Positions 36,758 to 50,460 of a DNA stretch of 64,000 nt are shown here, in pieces. Position numbers and translations under genes: made by a program. The notes under the pieces are model-generated. The model was given only the letters and a program-made list of their open reading frames with translations, did no database searches and was not told the origin of the DNA. The stretch lies in NCBI RefSeq assembly GCF_902713615.1, contig NW_024055498.1, forward strand, positions 732,878 through 796,877. Reading direction: 5' to 3'. Positions within the stretch are counted from its first letter, which is position 1. Each line of letters starts with the position of its first letter. This stretch comes from Scyliorhinus canicula (Eukaryota).

Positions 36758-38921
36758 TTCCCACAGCCGAGCGACTGTAACAGGAAGGTGGTTGAATCGA
36801 TTCAGTGAAACATATTTTACTTAGCATCTTGGATCTTCCAATGAGATCAGTTTGTCCCTTTTCCTATATTCTGAATGAAAAACTGAAAATAGTCGATGTG
36901 TTCAGAAGATTCGTGTTTGTTAACGTCCCTCACTCGCCCTAGTGTGTTCTGGATTCCCAATTTAAATCTACCGCGTTTATTCCCTCGAGGAAGTTGATCT
37001 ACCTCTGTGTTTGGAGAAGGTGAACATTGGATTCCTCCCAGCACCCCCACCGCGTTGAGTAAACAATGCGATTAAATGCAGTGCCTGCCAAAGGTGTAAA
37101 ATTCAGAACTTGTGACCCTACCGGTTAAAAGAGCTGCCGCTGTGAGGAATAAACACAAATGCATGTTTGCAGAGAGCTCGCGGCGGATTTGAGAGAACTG
37201 GTTGAAGCTAATATGTTTTAGTCAATATTTGTACCTGCCGATTGGTTCGTTGCTGAGAGCATCATCGGGTGGCATCCAATCACTTAAATCCGCTCTATTG
37301 TTTAATCCAACCAATGAGCTCACAGCTCATTTGACCGCGAACACAGTGGAACAAAGTAAATTTGTTATCCTCAACTCAGGGACAGCGATCAGAGCCAATA
37401 TTAGTTCAATCTGTAATGCAGGGACAGGTGAACAATTTATGTTTATAGTAATAATAAAAATCGCTTATTGTCACAAGGATGAAGGAGCAGTGCTCCGAAA
37501 GGACCTGGTGTTGTAAGACTTTTTACTGCACAAGGCTAAATAGCTGGCTTTTAAAGCAGACCATGGCAGGCCAGCAGCGTGGGTTCAGTTCCTGTACCAG
37601 CCTCCCCGAACAGGCGCCGGAATGGGGTGCCCAGGGGCTTTTCACAATAACTTCATTTGAAGCCTGTTTGTGACAATAAGCGATTTTCTTTTCATTTTAA
37701 GTATGAAGTTACTGTGGAAAGCCCCTCGTCGCCACATTCCGGTGCCTGTACGGGTAAGCTTCGTTCTGCATCACAAACCAGCTGTCGAGCTCACTGAGCT
37801 AAACCCGCCCTTTAATAGTATGAGTATTAGTTATGGAGACCACAATGAAGGACGCTCTGACAACGAGACGAAAGCCGACACAGGTGGCTAGTAGGTGCTG
37901 ATGGATTGGCAGAAAATAGACGAACGCCACATTTTATTTCTATTTAATGATTGAGGGTGGGGGTATCTCTTTGATGTATTTGAACAGAATAGGGCGTGGA
38001 CAACACAGGGCTCAGTGAATTTGAGGTGAGTTTATTAGTACAAATATTTTGCAACATCTTTAATTTTAACAATAACGTATTCCCACAATAGAATCACATC
38101 GAACTCCTACAGTGCAGAAGGAGGCAATTCGGACAAACGAGTCTGCACCGACCCTCTGAAAGAGCGCCCAACGTATCCCCAATTACCCTTCCTAACCTTT
38201 TGGACACTAAGGAACAATTTAGCATGGCCAATCCTGACTTGCACATCTTTAGACTGTGGGAGGAAACCGGAGCACCCGGATGAAACTCACGGGGCGAAAG
38301 TGAAAACTCCACACAGATAGTCACCCTAGTCTGGAATCGAACGCGGGTCCCTGGCGCTGTGAGGCAGAAGTGCTAACCACTGTGCCACGCTGTGTTATCG
38401 TAGTAACTTATTAGTTATCCAACTAAATCACATTCTTCTATTGAAAATTGAAGTACTTAAAACTTTGAGTAAACTTACCTGTCAAGTCTCCTTCAACACC
38501 TTGTTACGATCCGGCGATCTCTCCGATCGAGAAGGTTAAGTACAGTAGATACATGGGAATACCAGAATCTTCAAGTTTCACTTCAAGTCACGCACCATTC
38601 TGACTTTGAAATATATCACAGTTTCTTTACATCTAAATTCAGGAATCCAGTTTACGAATTTTTTCTTTACGACATCGTGCAGAGGACAGAAAATTGGAAT
38701 TGTAAATGAAAGAACGTGAAACATAACAAAAGCGAAATACACATGCCCGAGAATGACATAAAGAAAGAGGTTCTAAAATAATCCAGAATGCATTTTCCTT
38801 TCGTCTCACTGATATTTGATCCTATTTATGTAATTGAATTGTTTGAAACAGAGCTCTCAATAAAATGCCCCTGGAAACTGCGCATTAACGAACTTATAAT
38901 TTATCGATGATGCAGACATTA

Positions 38922-38952
38922 TGCAATTCACTGGATCACCGTCAGAGGGCGC
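38922..38952 (+). promoter_or_regulatory. CTCF-like motif with upstream module
   Basis: TGCAATTCA-N5-TCACCGTCAGAGGGCGC; two core mismatches. Confidence 0.4.
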
Positions 38953-39469
38953 AGTTGTCACATGTTTCTCGCTGTTCCAATTGGAAATGATTGAGACAAT
39001 CATTATCGTGCCATTGCTCTTAGCAGTGACGGGGGTGGGGGGTCGGCACTGACGTCATTGTATATTTTTCACATTGGTATCGGACTGAATGTCAATCCTT
39101 TCCGTTTATGTCTCACAATGAAACCATAGTGACCAGATATCCATTTGGACGGCACAGTAAATACAAGATGGATGAGAGAGGAAATAAAATAGGAAAAAAA
39201 TGTACAAAAATATTCAGTGATTCTTGTGACAATATATATATTGTAAAGTAAATGAAGGGCTAACAATTTAATGTGAATGCATCCAACCACCAGATGGTGA
39301 TCAAGAGCATCCACGTGAATCACGTGATACAATTGGTTCTGCAAGTAGGTGATTAGGCGGGACAGAGTAGTCTAGTTTTCAGAAGCTCTGTAGGTGGAAT
39401 CGTAGTTTTAGTTTATCTGTAGTATTTATATCTTAGTAATCAATTCGAATCTATTTCGTTAATAAATAG

Positions 39470-39785
39470 GGCAGCACGGTAGCACAAGTGGATAGTACTA
39501 TGGCCTCACAGCGCCAGGGTCCCAGGATCGATTCCCCGCTGGGTCACTGTCTGTGCGGAGTCTGCACGTGCTCCCCGTGTCGCGTGGGTTTCCTCCAGGT
39601 GCTCCGGTTTCCTCCCAAAGACATGCACGTTAGGTGGATTGGCCATGCTAAATTGCCCTTAGTGTCCAAAAAGGTTAGGAGGGGTTATTGGGTTAGGGGT
39701 TAGGGTGGATGTGAGAGCTTAAGTGGGTCGGTGCACACTCGATGGGCCAAACGGTTTCCTTCTGCACTGTATGTTCTATGGTCTA
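39470..39785 (+). mobile_element. tRNA-derived SINE
   Basis: GGGCAGCACGGTAGCAC head; tail ending TGTTCTATG. Confidence 0.85.
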
Positions 39786-41454
39786 AATTAGCTTTGTTCA
39801 AAACATAACTTGATGCTCTTTGCGAGGCACTACACTTCGAAACCATCCTTCGACGCCACAAAGCAAAGAACATCACAATTCTGAGACACTGAATGAAGGA
39901 CAAACAATTACATTTTATGATCTTGGCCGTCGATGATCATTGGAGTCTGAATTACGACATAGATTAAACCTTTCTGACCATTCACTCTCTCGCCACAGAG
40001 TAATTATTTAAGACTTCATTTTTTTGAAACATACAGTCCCTGAGTGGGACTTTGAATGATGTCTGGTGGCAACATCCAATGAGACGAAAGGAAATTGGTG
40101 AGAATGTCAGCCATCAGTCTTTCACTTCTGAACAGAAAGTAAAACTCACCTCTCTCCATCTCTTCCCACTATTGAGAGTCCTGGACTCGGCAGCAATTCC
40201 TGGCCCGGAAATCAGACTCTGATTGATCTGCACTTTGCTGACCTTCTTCATCATGAGCGGAAACCCCACAAAGAACTGTTTCCTGTTGGAGCCCTGAAGC
40301 TGTTAACATAGTGTCAGTTCATTTATATTAAAAGACGCTTCGTTTTAAAAAGAGTTAAACAATACCGTGTGGTGGTTGAGTGATGTTATTTTGTTTACAG
40401 CTGTTTAGTGTGAGGTTCAGTACTCTCAATCTGAGAAGGGGGGCATGTTGAACCGACTGTTGTTTCTCCAATGTTTCTTGGACAGCGTAATGTATGGCAA
40501 AGGTGTAAAAGACAGAGTCGTACACTGGCTGAACCTACCGGCTAAAAGAGCTGCCGATGTGAGGAGTAATACAAAGTAGCTGGTGACATATTTGCAGAGT
40601 TCCTGGCACATTTCACCTGCCCGGGTTGAAGCGGAAACTGTTTCAGTCAAGAGTTGAGGAGAGGGTGAGTAACACCCGGACCCTATTGATTGGTTCATTG
40701 TCGACGGTGTCATCAATTGGCATTCAATGATCTTCCTCTATCCAATTGTATTCTCTTCAACCAATGATCGCAACCTCCTTGGATGCTAAATTCCTACCAT
40801 CAGAGCCTTGTGAAAGGAACAAAGTGATTTAATTCATCTTTGAAATGAGTAAGGTCACGCGGAATTAAACCCAAAGTTGACCCATTAAATGTTTCACCAT
40901 GTAAGGAGGAGACAAGGAAAAAAAACTTCAAATCGTTCGGTTAGGAAAGCCGGAGCCTCAATTAAAGAAGCTGCTCTCTGCCTATCGATGCATCCCCCAG
41001 CCGACACAGGAAGCAACTGGGTCCTAAGAAAACTGAATACAGAAATACGGTAAATAGGCTAACACGATATTTTAAATCAAGTATACAGTGGTGGGGAAAA
41101 GGGGATTGACTGTGTAATACATGTGAACAAGATGGGAGTGTGTGGGCAACGCATTGGCGCAGCGATTTGGATTAACTGATCATCAGAAATATTCACAGCA
41201 CACTCATAATAAAAATAACTTTCACGTATATTTATTGGTTAAAAGTCAGAGCGCCAGACGTCCATTCGATATTGAATCCTGAGTTCAAATTTAAGAGACT
41301 AAATAAACAGGTCATAGGTGAGACTGCACCACACAATACCACAATCTCTTCTTCGAGATGGTGCATGGGACAACCAGCACCTGACTGGTTCCTTCATACT
41401 TGCACCAACCTGACTTATATTATCACCATTTCACTGTCATTCGAACAGAGGACT

Positions 41455-42235
41455 TAGGACATAGGAACACAGGAATTAGCAGCAGACATAAGCAATTCAG
41501 CCCTTCGAGCCTGCTCTGCTATTCAATCAGATCATGGCTGATCTGTTCCTGGACTCAAATCCAACTCCCCACCTGTTCCCATATCCCGGTAACCCGTTTT
41601 TAAAATCAGAAATATATACACATCCTTCTTGAAAACATTTAATGACTCAGACTCCACCGCACTGTTGGGCAGCGAGTTCCACAAATTCATCACACTCTGG
41701 AGATGCAATTCCTCCTCATCTCAACTCCACATCTCAACCTATATCTGTGACTTCTCGTTCTAAATTGTCCCACAAGAGGGAAGATTTCATCTAAGTTTAA
41801 TTTATCAATCCCCTTTAGGATTGTAAATACCTCGAAGAGATTCTGAACTCCAGCGAGTATGAGCCCAAACTGTTTGATCTCTCCTCATACGTCAACCCTT
41901 TCATCCCTGGAATCAATCTGGTGAACCTCCTGTGAACTGCCTCCAAGGACACCACATCCTTCCTCAAATAAGGAGACCAAAACTGGACACAATACTCCAG
42001 CTGTGCTCTCTTCAACACCCTGCACAATTGCAACATCACTTCTGTACTTTTATACTCCAATCCTTTTGCAATAAACACAAACATTCCATTTATCTTTTTA
42101 ATTACATGCTGTACCTGCATACTGACTTTCTACGATTCATGCACAACGGCACTCAGGTCCCGCTGCCCAGTCGCATATTGAATCTGCTTTCCTTTTAAAT
42201 AATAATTGGCTTACCTATTTTGTCGGCCAAAATGG
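41455..42235 (-). mobile_element. Degraded CR1 fragments
   Basis: LEYCVQFWSPYLRKD frame 41815-42120; CR1 3' UTR at 41455-41760. Confidence 0.8.
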
Positions 42236-42274
42236 ATATCCTCACACTTATCGCTGGATCAAATCCCGGGAACA

Positions 42275-43770
42275 CGCTCACTTACAACAGTATGGGTCTA
42301 CCTCACTTACAACAGTATGGGTGTACCTCACTTACAACAGTATGGGTGTACCTCACTTACAACAGTATGGGTGTACCTCACTTCCAACACTATGGGTGTA
42401 CCTCACTTACAACACTATGGGTGTACCTCACTTACAACAGTATGGTGTACCTCACTTACAACAGAATGCGTGTACCTCACTTCCAACAGTATGGGTGTAC
42501 CTCATTTAAAACTATATGGGTGTACCTCACTTACAACTGTATGGGTGTACCTCACTTACAACAGTACGGGTGTACCTCACTTACAACTGTATGGGTGTAC
42601 CTCACTTACAAAAGTATAGGTGTACCTCACTTACACAGTACGGGTGTACCTCACTTACAACTGTATGGGTGTACCTCACTTACAACACTATGGGTGTACT
42701 TTATTTACAACTGTATGGGTATACCTCACTTACAACAGTATGGGTGTACCTCACTTACAACTGTATGGGTGTACCTCACTTACAACACTATGGGTGTACT
42801 TTATTTACAACTGTATGGGTGTACCTCACTTACAACTGTATGGGTGTACCTCACTTACAACTGTATTGGTGTACCTCACTTACAACTGTATGGGTATACC
42901 TCACTTACAACACCATGGGTGTACCTCACTTACAACACTATGGGTGTACTTTATTTACAACTGTATGGGTGTACTTCACTTACAACTGTATGGGTGTACC
43001 TCACTTACAACACTATGGGTGTACTTCATTAACAACTGTATTGGTGTACCTCACTTACAACTGTATGGGTGTACCTCACTTACAACAGTATGGGTATACC
43101 TCGCTTACAACAGTATGTGTGTACCTCACTTACAACTGTATGGGTGTACCTCACTTACAACAGTATGGTGTACCTCACTTACAACAGTATGGGTATACCT
43201 CACTTACAACAGTATGGTGTACCTCACTTACAACTGTATGGGTGTACCTCACTTACAACAGTATGGTGTACCTCACTTACAACAGTATGGGTATACCTCA
43301 CTTACAACAGTATGGTGTACCTCACTTACAACTGTATGGGTATACCTCACTTACAACTGTATGGGTGTACCTCACTTACAACAGCATGGGTGTACCTCAC
43401 TTACAACAGTATGGTGTACCTCACTTACAACAGTATGGTGTACCTCACTTACAACAGTATGGGCGTACCTCACTTACAACTGTATGGGTGTACCTCACTT
43501 ACAACAGTATGGTGTACCTCACTTACAACAGTATGGGTATACCTCACTTACAACACTATGGGTGTACTTCATTTACAACTGTATTGGTGTACCTCACTTA
43601 CAACAGTATGGGTATACCTCACTTACAACTGTATGGGTGTACCTCACTTACAACTGTATGGGTGTACCTCACTTACAACAGTATGGTGTACCTCACTTAC
43701 AACTGTATGGGTATACCTCACTTACAACAGTATGTGTGTACCTCACTTAAAACAGTATGGGTATACCTAT
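42275..43770 (+). repeat. 25-bp minisatellite (~60 copies, with 24-bp variants)
   Basis: Unit ATGGGTGTACCTCACTTACAACAGT; explains the periodic ORFs in all frames. Confidence 0.95.
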
Positions 43771-44279
43771 ACACATGGAATGTAGTGGTTCAAGGAGGAT
43801 GTTCACCACCACCTTCTCAAAGGCAGGTAGAAATGGGCAACGATGTTCATTGTCATTAACAACTTTTTATAAAGCACCCAATCTGTAAACATTCCAACCA
43901 TGAAACCATGAACTGAACTAACCTGCTCCTGCCTCCTGGTGGAGAGTGCTTGTAAACAGTATACAACTAATGGAGACAAAGTGGGCGTTCGGGGTAATTT
44001 GTGACTATTAACTACAGATACAGAGGGGGCAGCACGGTGGCACAGTGGTTAGCATTGCTGCTTACGGCGCTGAGGACCTGGGTTTGAATCCCGACCCTGG
44101 GTCACTATCCGTGTGGAGTTTGCACGTTCTTCCCGTGTCTGCGTGGGTTTCACCCCCCCCCCCCCAACCCAAAGATGTGCAGGATAGGTGGATTGGCGAA
44201 GCTAAATTGCCCCTTAATTGGAAAAAATAATTGGCTATTCTAAATTTTAAAAAAACTGCAGATACAGATGAAATCGTAA

Positions 44280-45240
44280 ATTGACACCTAAAAATGGCTG
44301 ATTGTATGAATAATTGTTTCGTTTAGGTCTTCACAGTTGATAGCTTTATAACAGACTTTGGCAGGAAGAGCTTCTGTCGTGCAAAGCAGCAAGAGTTTGT
44401 TTCCAAGGATTTAACTGTTTTTTTTATAACTGTAAGTCTTTACCAGCACCGCATCTTCGTATATCACAATGCCTGAGAACAGCGGCTGAGTGATAGAATC
44501 TCCTTGCCTGATCTGAAAAAGATGTTCTACAGAGGAGTAGTTTCTAAATGGGAAACGGCTGAGGACGTCAGTAGCACAAAGGGTCCAAATTCAATATTCT
44601 CTCAAGGTTAACGTGCAAATTCAGTCGGCAGTTAAGAAGGCAAATGCAATGTTACCATTCATGTCGAGAGGGCTACAGTACAAGAGCAGGGATGTACTCT
44701 GGGACTGCATGATACTCTAGTGAGACCCCATTTGGAGTACTGTGAGTAGTTTTGGGCCCCGTGGCTAAGGACAGATATTCTGGCCTTGGAAAGAGTGCAG
44801 GACAGGTTCATAAGAATGATCCCTGAAATGAAGAGCTTGTAATATGAAGAGCGGTTGAGGACTTATTTAAACCTACAGGATACGGAGAGGCTTGGATAGA
44901 GTGGACGTGGAGAGGATGTTTCCAACAGTAGGAAAAACTAGTACCCGAGGGCACAGCCTAAGACTCAAGGGACGATCCTTTGAAACTGAGATGAGGAAAA
45001 TTATTTCAGCCAGATTGTGGTGCATCTGTGGAACTCTTGGTCGCAGAAGGCTGTGGAGGCCAAATAGCTGAGTGTCTTTAAGACAGATGTAGATAGGTTC
45101 TTGATTAATAAGGGGATCAGAGCTTATGGGGAAAAGGCAGGAGAATGGGGATGAGAAAGATATCAGCCATGATCGAATGGCGCGGCAGGCTGGATGGGCC
45201 GAATGGGCGAATTATGTTCCTATGTCTTATGGTCTTATGG
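44280..45240 (+). mobile_element. Degraded CR1 fragments
   Basis: RT C-terminal and 3' UTR remnants. Confidence 0.7.
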
Positions 45241-45394
45241 AACGATCAACCAGTCGGGTGTTCAAAACTCAGATTCAAAACAGATATGGAATAAGAGAAA
45301 AATTAAAATGCTTTTAATCCACCATTACCGTCATTACTACCATTTTGCGAACATTAATAGATTGTTGAGAACGATCAAAAGGAAAGTGGACATT

Positions 45395-45781
45395 ATAAGA
45401 ACATAAGAACTAGGAGCAGGAGTAGGCCATCTGGCCCCTCGAGCCTGCTCCACCATTCAATGAGATCATGCCTGATCTTTTGTGGACTCAGCTCCACTTT
45501 CCGGCCCGAACACCATAACCCTTAATCCCTTTATTCTTCAAAAAACGATCTATCTTTATCTTAAAAACATTTAATGAAGGAGCCTCAGCTGCTTCACTGG
45601 GCAAGGAATTCCATAGATTCACAAGCCTTTGGGTGAAGACGTTCCTCCTAAACTCAGTCCTAAATCTACTTCCCCTTATTTTGAGGCTATGTCCCCTCGT
45701 TCTGCTTTCACCCGACAGTGGAAACAACTTGCCCGCATCTATCCTATCTATTCCTTTCATAATTTTATATGTTTCTATAAG

Positions 45782-45821
<40 letters not shown>

Positions 45822-46200
45822 CCCCATCCTTCAAAATTCCAACGAGTATAGTCCCAGTCGACTCAACCTCTCCTCCTAATCCAACCCCTTCAGGTCTGGG
45901 ATTAACCTCCTGAATCTCCTCTGCACACCCTCCAGTGCCAGTACGTCCTTTCTCAAGTAAGGAGACCAAAACTGAACACAATACTCTAGGTGTGGTCTCA
46001 CTAACACCTTATGCAATTGCAGCATAGCCTCCCTAGTCTTAAACTCCATCCCTCTAGCAATGAAGGACAAAACTCCATTCGCCTTCTTAATCACCTGTTG
46101 CACCTGTAAACCAACTTCCTGTGACTCATGCACCAGTACACCCAGGTCTCTCTGCACAGCAGCATGCTTTAATATTTTATCATTTAAATAATAATCCCGT
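45395..46200 (-). mobile_element. 5'-truncated CR1, same subfamily as 16735-18415, with a long poly-C run at ~45783-45822
   Basis: Very high identity to 16735-17400. Confidence 0.88.
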
Positions 46201-48573
46201 TATCTCGGAAGGACTTACTCACTGCGATGTCAGAGAGTCACCAGGAATAGTAAGAGGTGATTCCCCATATCGCGCCCATTGCCTGTTTGACAAGAACTCC
46301 TCTACAGCAAGTACAGACTCCACCAACAGTACTTATGACCCAACAGCGATGGCAATCAGGGAATAGGGATAGCGATATCTTCACTACCAGAGCTGAGGTC
46401 AGGCTAGTCAAAGGGAAATGGTGGGACGTCCTATAACGGGCGCCGTTATCTTATGCAGTGTGTGATCGATAGTAATGATCGAGCTCTCCTCACTTTAGGT
46501 CTCAATGACACCTTTCTTCTTTCTGTGCAATAAATCATCCAAAGAGGCCAGTTTCCAGGCATTGTGACTCGCTGATTGTATATGTTTGTAGCAGCACCTA
46601 CAGAATTGCCCCACTGAAACCTGCACCAACATCACGTATTAAAAATATATCCCCCAATTTTACTCTAATTGTAATGGTTCCGACATACACCTGGACACGG
46701 GTTAAAAGCACACAATACAATTATAGGATAATAGGAAATACCTCTTAATCACAGAGAGTGCTGAATGTGTGAAATTAATTTCAGGGTGAATTGAAGATGA
46801 CTGGACCCCTGGATTGTTTAAGGAGATATTTGGAGGAACATTCGGTGAGGGAGTTGAAACATCTCCAAATGATTGATACAAAATTGGCCGCCTGGTCTTC
46901 ATCTTCCTTATTCCAACAAAGTTCAGCTAATCAAATGAACTGGGACACATAAGGAGTTGTAGAGTGTCTGAAATGTGAGCGGAAAGTCAAGCGATACTCA
47001 GCCGGAATGGCAACGGTTTTGAAGAGAGAAGTAATGTAAACACTTTAAAGGATCATCTTTATGAGAACTGAAGAAAAACTTTACAGCGGTGAGAGGTTTC
47101 AAAGATGAATAGTGGCAGGTAAAGGGCAGAAAGAGTAAAACAGCAGGTCTGTAATTCAGTGGAAGGAGGAAAATGGTGGTCCAAGGAAAAGATGTGGTCG
47201 TGTGACAAGTAAATTGGCAATTCTGGCGGAGATGTACTCATGATAAGTAGATTCATCACTGCCAGGTGTCACCCAGAAGGAAAAGAGAAAGCATAAACAA
47301 AACTGCTGGTGAATTTAGGATCGCAACATGTTCAAGGCAATCTTGACTCTCGATGGTTAAAATTATTGGAATCTGTATCTTGCAGTTCCTTCTCAGCACC
47401 ACCAGAGAGCAGCATTGGATTAAGTGCCGGAACGATTTCCAGAAGCAAGCGATCAGTAACTTTCTTCAGAAAAAAGTAACTAGACGGGCAGTGCGGAAAA
47501 AGGATGTTATTTTAACATCAATAGGGTTTGTTATGACATTCAACGTAATGTATTCTTATGCAATGCCACTGTTGGTGGCTTATAAATATCACACAATACA
47601 GTTCGCACTGCACCCGTGTGGGAAAGCACATGGCTTCAAATCATAAACTGAGACTTTGGAACTAATATCTGGGTTCTTGTCATGGGTCGAATGGTAAGTG
47701 TGGAATAAACCGTCTTCCAGAATGTGGGAGGGGCATCAAAATAAATCGTTGCTGTTTCAGTTGAAATTCCGATGTCGAACCACCAAGAATAAGAGAGGTA
47801 GATCAGGGAGGCTGGAAGAGTCAGAGAGTTTTACAGAAAAGAAGCGGCCCTTCAGTCCATCGTGTTTGCGCCGGCCAACGAGCACTGTGTATTCTAACCC
47901 CATTTTAAAGCACTTGGTCCGCAGACTTGTATGTTCTGGTGTTTCAAGTTCTCATCGAACTGTTTTTTTTAATGTAGCGAGAGTTCTGCCTCTCCCACCC
48001 TTGCAAGCAGCGAATTCCAGATTCCAACAACCCTCTAAGTGAGAGTTTTTCCTCACATCCGCCTTAACTTTCCTGCCACTTACCTTAGATCTATGGCACC
48101 TTGATTAATGCCCCCGTTTCTACGTGGAAAACCTTCTTGCTATCCACCCGATCTATGCCCTTCATAATATTGTGAACTTCGATCAGGATCAGGTTCCTAC
48201 CCTACTCCCACATCCCCACCCTCCAGCGGGGTAGGAAGGCGGGAACGGTTATTTTTGTGTTTGCAGCTATTATTTGGACACCTTGGGTGGAATTCGCCGT
48301 GTGTACTTGCAGCAATAGACACCACCAGAGGTCAGTGCGAAGCAGTGAGAAACATTGAATATGGGCGGCCCAATGTGAACTCAGAAGCACTGTGGGCAGC
48401 TGTTAGTTTAAAACCTCAAGCAGGAAGTGATTTTCTCTTTTGTTCGACAAAACGACACCTCTGAAGCGGGCCTTTGGCTTCTTGTTAGTTCTTCTGAATC
48501 TAATATCTATGCCCTGGTTCTAACCTGAACAAACTTAACAATAGGTTCAGCCGACATTGCAGGTGATTTAATA

Positions 48574-48906
48574 ATGGTCCGAGTTTACAGAGTCTCTTTG
48601 CTGTTTTTCACTCTGATCTGCACCGTTGAGACTGGAGAAGATGAGCTGCTGCAGCTCCCTCGGCGGATGGGTGTTCATGAAGCGGGAATCGTGTCCATGA
48701 ACTGCACCAGCACCGCTGTGATGAAGATGGTGCGTTGGTACAGGCAGCAGCCAAATCAGCCACCCCAGCATCTAGTGCTGGCCACAAGAGAAACCGATCA
48801 ACACGGGAGGATCACTGCCTCAATCGGGGGAGGAAACAAACTCAGTGTCCTGACTGTGAGAGAAGCCCGAGTTACCGACACTGCCGCCTATCTCTGCGCC
48901 GTGAGG
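48574..48906 (+). CDS. V2: TCR alpha/delta-type V segment with leader and V in a single exon (111 codons)
   Basis: MVRVYRVSLLFFTLICTVETG leader contiguous with EDELLQ...NC...WYRQQ...DTAAYLCAVR; genuine ATG at 48574. Confidence 0.88.
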
Positions 48907-48945
48907 CACAGTATCACAAGTAGATGGAGAGCTCGTACAGAAACC
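48907..48945 (+). other. 23-RSS of V2
   Basis: CACAGTA - 23 nt - ACAGAAACC. Confidence 0.9.
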
Positions 48946-49832
48946 TACACTGAGTGGGAGCACTGCTCTACTGAGCTCGGAGAATCGGCGGTGTGATTGG
49001 CGCAGTAATAATATTACAGGTACCGGGGAATGAGTGCAAAAGCTCGAAAATCAAGTGGGAAACATTTAAATCGGATCAGAGTTGAAGAACGTTGGAAATA
49101 GACAGGAATAAACGAGGAACAAACAGGCGAACGAGATTGCGTGTGTGATAAAGGGAAAACTAAAAAGTACAGGAATCGCACAGAACATTAATCAAAATAC
49201 TGTGAAAAATAAATGAAATAATGTGAAAAACTAATGAACGTCAGTAACAGAGGTTAAAGATTATATCGTCATAACTGAAAATAAGGTTACATTTCCTCCT
49301 TTTCAACAAAATTCACATTCCCGTGATAGTTTGACAGTTTAATTCTCCGATAATGTTTCCTAATAATTGGTCCTTGGATATTGCCGCACGGGTAAATGAA
49401 CAGTTTTCTCCTTGTTCTGCAACATTCTTTACCATCCTGCCCCAGCTCCAATGGTCCCGTGTTCCTCCCTGTTAACTTGAGAAATGTGTTCATTTTCTGC
49501 GAACCGTGACTAAGCCAGCAACATACTGGGAACAAAAGGACACGATGCACCGGTCGTGGTCAAACGGACCCAGAAACGGAATGTGAAAATGAAGAAAGGG
49601 CTGCACATTCATTCAAACAATCGGCAAAGCATCCGGACAAGTTGGAACGCGAGTGAACGCACCATGAATTAATTTATTCAATTAATTTCAGCATGGATGC
49701 TGGTTAGAAGTTATTAATATAAGACTTCAGTTCCTCTCAATTGTTTTTGTTCAATGTTGTGTTTTGTTAATTTATTAATTGCTCTATGACTCCCCACAGG
49801 CTGTGGACTTGTTTCTGTCTATCAGTGCGAGG

Positions 49833-49864
49833 GCGCCCTCTGCTGAGCAATAACTGGAACTGTC
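49833..49864 (-). promoter_or_regulatory. RSS-proximal extended CTCF-like motif downstream of V3
   Basis: GACAGTTCC-N6-TGCTCAGCAGAGGGCGC. Confidence 0.65.
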
Positions 49865-49871
49865 AGTGTGG

Positions 49872-49909
49872 GGTTTTTGTACGGCACCCGCTATATCTGC
49901 AGCAGTGTG
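49872..49909 (-). other. 23-class RSS of V3 (22-nt spacer)
   Basis: CACACTG - 22 nt - ACAAAAACC. Confidence 0.88.
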
Positions 49910-50330
49910 GGCTCCATGGCACAGAAATACACTGCGCTGTCGGAGGGAAGCGCCCTGGCGATATTTAAAGGGACTGTTTTGTTTCCTTTGTGTAAAATGG
50001 CAGAAAATCTTTCTGATAAACCTTGAGACGTACTTCCCGTGCTATATATCGTGAATAAATATTGGGGAGCTTTCCCGGGAGACTGGATGTACCAGAGTAG
50101 ATTTCGATTACCAGCTGCCGAGTAACTGCAGTCCAATTTTACGGACTGTCCTTCCAGAACGGTTAATTCAGGTGGATTCTGCGACACTGCCTCGTTGCCA
50201 TTGGTTCCTGCAACAAATTATAGCATCTGTTAAATATCTGGTGGCGAACCTTGGCGACAGACACTGACTATTTAAACAGAAACTCACCAGGTAGCAAGAG
50301 AAGAATTAGTAAAGAACATCGGGAGAACAT
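49910..50330 (-). CDS. V3: TCR alpha/delta-type V segment; leader exon 50330-50288, 80-nt intron, V exon 50207-49910
   Basis: MFSRCSLLILLLLP G|GTGAGT; TTGCAG|GA; AVSQNPP...DC...WYIQ...DSAVYFCAME; phase-1 join in frame. Confidence 0.92.
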
Positions 50331-50460
50331 GCCAGCTGCTTCAAAATTTCACAGAAGCCACAGAACTTTAAAAATATATCAACACATCCACTCCGACGTG
50401 AAAAAGTAAACTCAGATCATTGTGAGGCTTTATTTATTGAGAAACGAATGGGCGTTGTCC

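Noticed and set aside
39153-39212. CACAGTA ... ACAAAAATA, loosely resembling the V2 RSS
   Set aside because: Spacer is 44 nt and there is no V coding upstream
42206-43859. Long periodic ORFs (up to 447 aa) in several frames; likewise 2050-2643 and 50422-51255
   Set aside because: Translations of minisatellites
46780-46960. Acceptor-like ATTTCAG followed by ~55 open codons
   Set aside because: No recognisable domain or supporting structure
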